A stretch of 64,000 bases of DNA from Octopus sinensis (taxonomy: Eukaryota), in assembly GCF_006345805.1 (NCBI RefSeq), contig NC_043014.1:37448001-37512000 (forward strand), read 5' to 3'. Below the pieces are notes generated by a model. It was given only the letters and a program-made list of their open reading frames with translations. It searched no databases and had not been told where the DNA came from. The position numbers and the translations under genes were made by a program. This document shows positions 61,205 to 64,000 of this stretch, piece by piece. Each line of letters begins with the position of its first letter. The stretch's first letter is position 1.

Positions 61205-61710
61205 TACCGTAAATCCTCGAGTATAGTCCGCCCTTGAGTATAATACACAGGGGATTTTTAGGGGGCTCTACCTCTGTAAAACCTAAACCTTGTGTATAAT
61301 ATGCAGCCCTTCTTTAACTTGAGTCAAGGAGGTCTATATAACGTTCTTGGTTTGTAAAAATGTATACGGTAACGTCCTTTATTATTATTATTGTATATAT
61401 AACATAATGCAAATGTGTAGCTTCTTTGCGCATTTTGTTTGCAGAAAATAAAGAAATAACAGTAATGACATTTAATAAATGTTGCTTACTGCAAGTTATG
61501 GATGATTCTTTTATGACTTCATTGCTTTCAGGCTTAGCTTAAGATATTTTCACGCCTAACATCACAAAACGCGTCTGAATGAACATTGCCAGACTCGGAC
61601 ATTGCTTAGAAAATATTTTTCATTTTTAACCCCGTATATAGTACGCACTAGGGATTTTGACCGTTAAATTTTGAGGAAAAAATGCAGATTATACTTGAGG
61701 ATTTACGGTA
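61205..61710. mobile_element. pogo/Tigger-like MITE
   Basis: TA|CCGTAAATCCTCGAGTATA...TATACTTGAGGATTTACGG|TA, i.e. TIRs with a TA target site. Confidence 0.85.
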
Positions 61711-62541
61711 TATGTATATCATTGTCATCATCATTATTATTATTCTAATGTTCATTTTTTCATACTTGCATAGATTAAACAGAGTTTATTGAGGTAGATT
61801 TTTTACAGCTAAATGCCTTTCCTATCACCAACCCACACCTGTCTCGAAGCAAAGAAATATTTCCCCAGAGCCAGACATGTCTTTTGTAGAATATTAGAAA
61901 TGACTGACATTGTTTGCATGACAGTGGTTCTCATTTACAAATATCACATGAAGTCAAAATAAGGTGACACAAACACACATGTACATACATAATGAGCATC
62001 TTTCAGTTTCAACCTACCAAATCTAACAAGGCTTTGGTTGGCCTGTGGTTATAATTGACGACACTTGCCCAAGGTACCATGCAGTTGGATTGAACCTGAA
62101 TCCATGTGATTGAGAAGCAAGCTTCTTAACCCCACGGCTGAGGATTCCTTTCATTGTAACTCAGTTTCGTGTAGATTGTGTATGAATTTCTTTTCAAGAG
62201 GTTTTCACAGAACTATGTGTGACAACTAATGGCAACCTCAACATCAAATAAAAACAAACTCTACTTCATTTATTCAATAGGTTTTTTTTTATTTTCTTTC
62301 ATAAATTTAAATGTATGCATATATATGTATGTATATATATACACACACACATACACACAAATACATGTTTGTGTGGCAATTACCAATGAATGTTTTGGCT
62401 ATAAATGGCTGGAGATCAGGATGATAAGAGAAAATGTTTTAAAAGGAATTTTTATTTTTCAGTACTTTGAAGCAATTGGACAATTGCAGACTATTTTCTG
62501 TTGAGGTAATGTCAATTTCTTCATTTTGACAATCTACCTTG

Positions 62542-64000
62542 TCAACTGTTTGATTTAACAGCGGAAGCCTGTGGTTGCTGATCAAGGAGCTCATTAATAC
62601 GACACAACACACAACCCATCATGTCAAATGTATTCAAAGCATTGTTAAATACTTGTACCAGTTGGTCAGGTGGAAGATTGGGCAACATCTGATTGCCAAC
62701 ATTGACTGTCATCTCTGGTTTATTCTCCTCGAGGGCATTCTTCTTTACTTCTTCTCCATGATGGACGTTTTTCAGCTCTAGTTTATAGTGAGCCCTAGAC
62801 ATGTCTAAAGCCACTTGAAGAGGGGAAAGAAACTGAGTCCTTAATTTATTCTCTAAACTCCAAAACCCAGAAATATTTTTAGAACGAGGATCTCTCAATA
62901 TAAGATAACGCACAAAGTTCATGGAAGAAAGAATTCGATCGGAATGTTGGAGAATATCTGTGGTTTCTGCATCTGGCAATTGGATAATAGCTCGAAGCAG
63001 TTTTAATAAATTTTCACCAAGGAAAGTGTGATCCTCTACTGGATATTTCTGTAAGCAGAAGTCTACCTCATCTTTGATTAACTGAATACAGTAACCAAGA
63101 ACCCCAGGGTTCTCACAACATGCTAACAGAGATTTATATGCTTGATAACGACCTGCTGGTTCAAACATCCGTATAACATCTGTGAAGATGTTGACGGCGA
63201 GTTTGCGGAAAGTTTGGAGGGAACAATGTAACATAATCTTAGTCAAACTAGTTAAGAGTTGTAGATAACAATCATTTTCAAAAAACACCGGCCGCAGTGT
63301 ATAAGGTTCAATTTTTTGCAAACAACTATTGGCCAAATGCAAACCCTTATACAAAATGAGAGATTGGGAAGAATCAAGTAGTCTAAGAATAAATGGTATG
63401 TTGTATTCAAATATGTATCTTGGAGAATATACACAGCGTATACTGTCAATACTTAGATTTTCTGAGAAAACTAAATACAATAAACAGCTTATGGACAATT
63501 CTGGTATTGGAGCTTTTGTCTCTTCTTCATCGTCTTCTTTTGTATTTTTATCCTCGGTCAAACCTTTCTCAAGTTCCTCAGTGCTCATATTATCATCATG
63601 TTCTGTTTTGTCTCCATCCTCCTCCTCTTCATCAGCATTTTTGATTTTTTTTTTATCTAATTTTAGGCTGCTGTTATAGAAGAGAGCATCCTCAGCAATC
63701 TGGAGAAAATCTTGATGAAGACAAGCCAGTTGGGAAAAAAGCCTTTCAGCACATAAGTGGCTTTCTGACTTTGCAGATTTATCATTGACCGGAGAAGCTA
63801 GATGGAGAAAGAGAAGAGGTTTATTTAATAATGCCAACAGATACCAATTGAGAAGATCTGCCTGGAGTGGTTGGTAAGCATGCTGGTTATTTCTGTTCTT
63901 TAAGGAGACTGCTTCAACAAATGGCTTCATAAAATCAAGAGTTGCAAGAACAATGTCAGTAAGCCTTTTGACAACAGGATCGTTCTCAAACAGCTTTTGT
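62542..64000 (-). CDS. GLMN: Glomulin (FAP68; RBX1/cullin-RING ligase inhibitor), 3' part, continuing past the window edge
   Basis: C-terminus LPDAETTDILQHSDRILSSMNFVRYLILRD...FLSPLQVALDMSRAHYKLE...PNLPPDQLVQVFNNALNTFDMMGCVLCRINEL aligns with the glomulin C-terminus as recalled (LPEGAETDLLQNSDRI...MSKAHY...ALFTFDL). The frame is open from 63999 to the TGA at 62542-62544. Confidence 0.9.
   Translation of the reverse strand, partial: QKLFENDPVVKRLTDIVLATLDFMKPFVEAVSLKNRNNQHAYQPLQADLLNWYLLALLNKPLLFLHLASPVNDKSAKSESHLCAERLFSQLACLHQDFLQIAEDALFYNSSLKLDKKKIKNADEEEEDGDKTEHDDNMSTEELEKGLTEDKNTKEDDEEETKAPIPELSISCLLYLVFSENLSIDSIRCVYSPRYIFEYNIPFILRLLDSSQSLILYKGLHLANSCLQKIEPYTLRPVFFENDCYLQLLTSLTKIMLHCSLQTFRKLAVNIFTDVIRMFEPAGRYQAYKSLLACCENPGVLGYCIQLIKDEVDFCLQKYPVEDHTFLGENLLKLLRAIIQLPDAETTDILQHSDRILSSMNFVRYLILRDPRSKNISGFWSLENKLRTQFLSPLQVALDMSRAHYKLELKNVHHGEEVKKNALEENKPEMTVNVGNQMLPNLPPDQLVQVFNNALNTFDMMGCVLCRINELLDQQPQASAVKSNS

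Noticed and set aside
62542-62544. Selenocysteine read-through at the GLMN TGA
   Set aside because: The stop falls where the glomulin C-terminus is expected and no SECIS-like element was recognised.

Overview
AT-rich, microsatellite- and SINE-dense eukaryotic genomic DNA. The repeat families point to a coleoid cephalopod, most likely Octopus (inference). Two host genes are recognisable, both on the minus strand. COQ9 has at least 8 coding exons across 27302-52389, plus candidate 5' exons at 52660-52762 and 55174-55217. Glomulin (GLMN) has an uninterrupted 3' ORF from 62542 that runs off the window edge. Isolated splice-bounded open frames suggest a third, unidentified plus-strand gene between about 2600 and 23351. 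Most of the rest is mobile DNA. A young Ty3/Gypsy LTR element (14315-18847) sits inside an RTE LINE 3' end that has been amplified into a ~337-bp tandem array. A near full-length RTE LINE lies in a COQ9 intron (37681-41163). There are also Tc1/mariner relics, piggyBac-, pogo- and hAT-like MITEs, non-autonomous Helitrons, an ~800-bp foldback element, CR1/L2 and CRE-type fragments and several tRNA-derived SINE families. The most interesting lead is a SINE with a perfect 19-bp target duplication that may have created a new COQ9 intron by expanding an in-frame 27-nt AG|GT...AG|GT segment. Second, all six frameshifts in the two young retroelements are repaired by adding one base to a homopolymer, so both coding regions may be intact in vivo. 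No CRISPR, rRNA or genuine tRNA genes were found.
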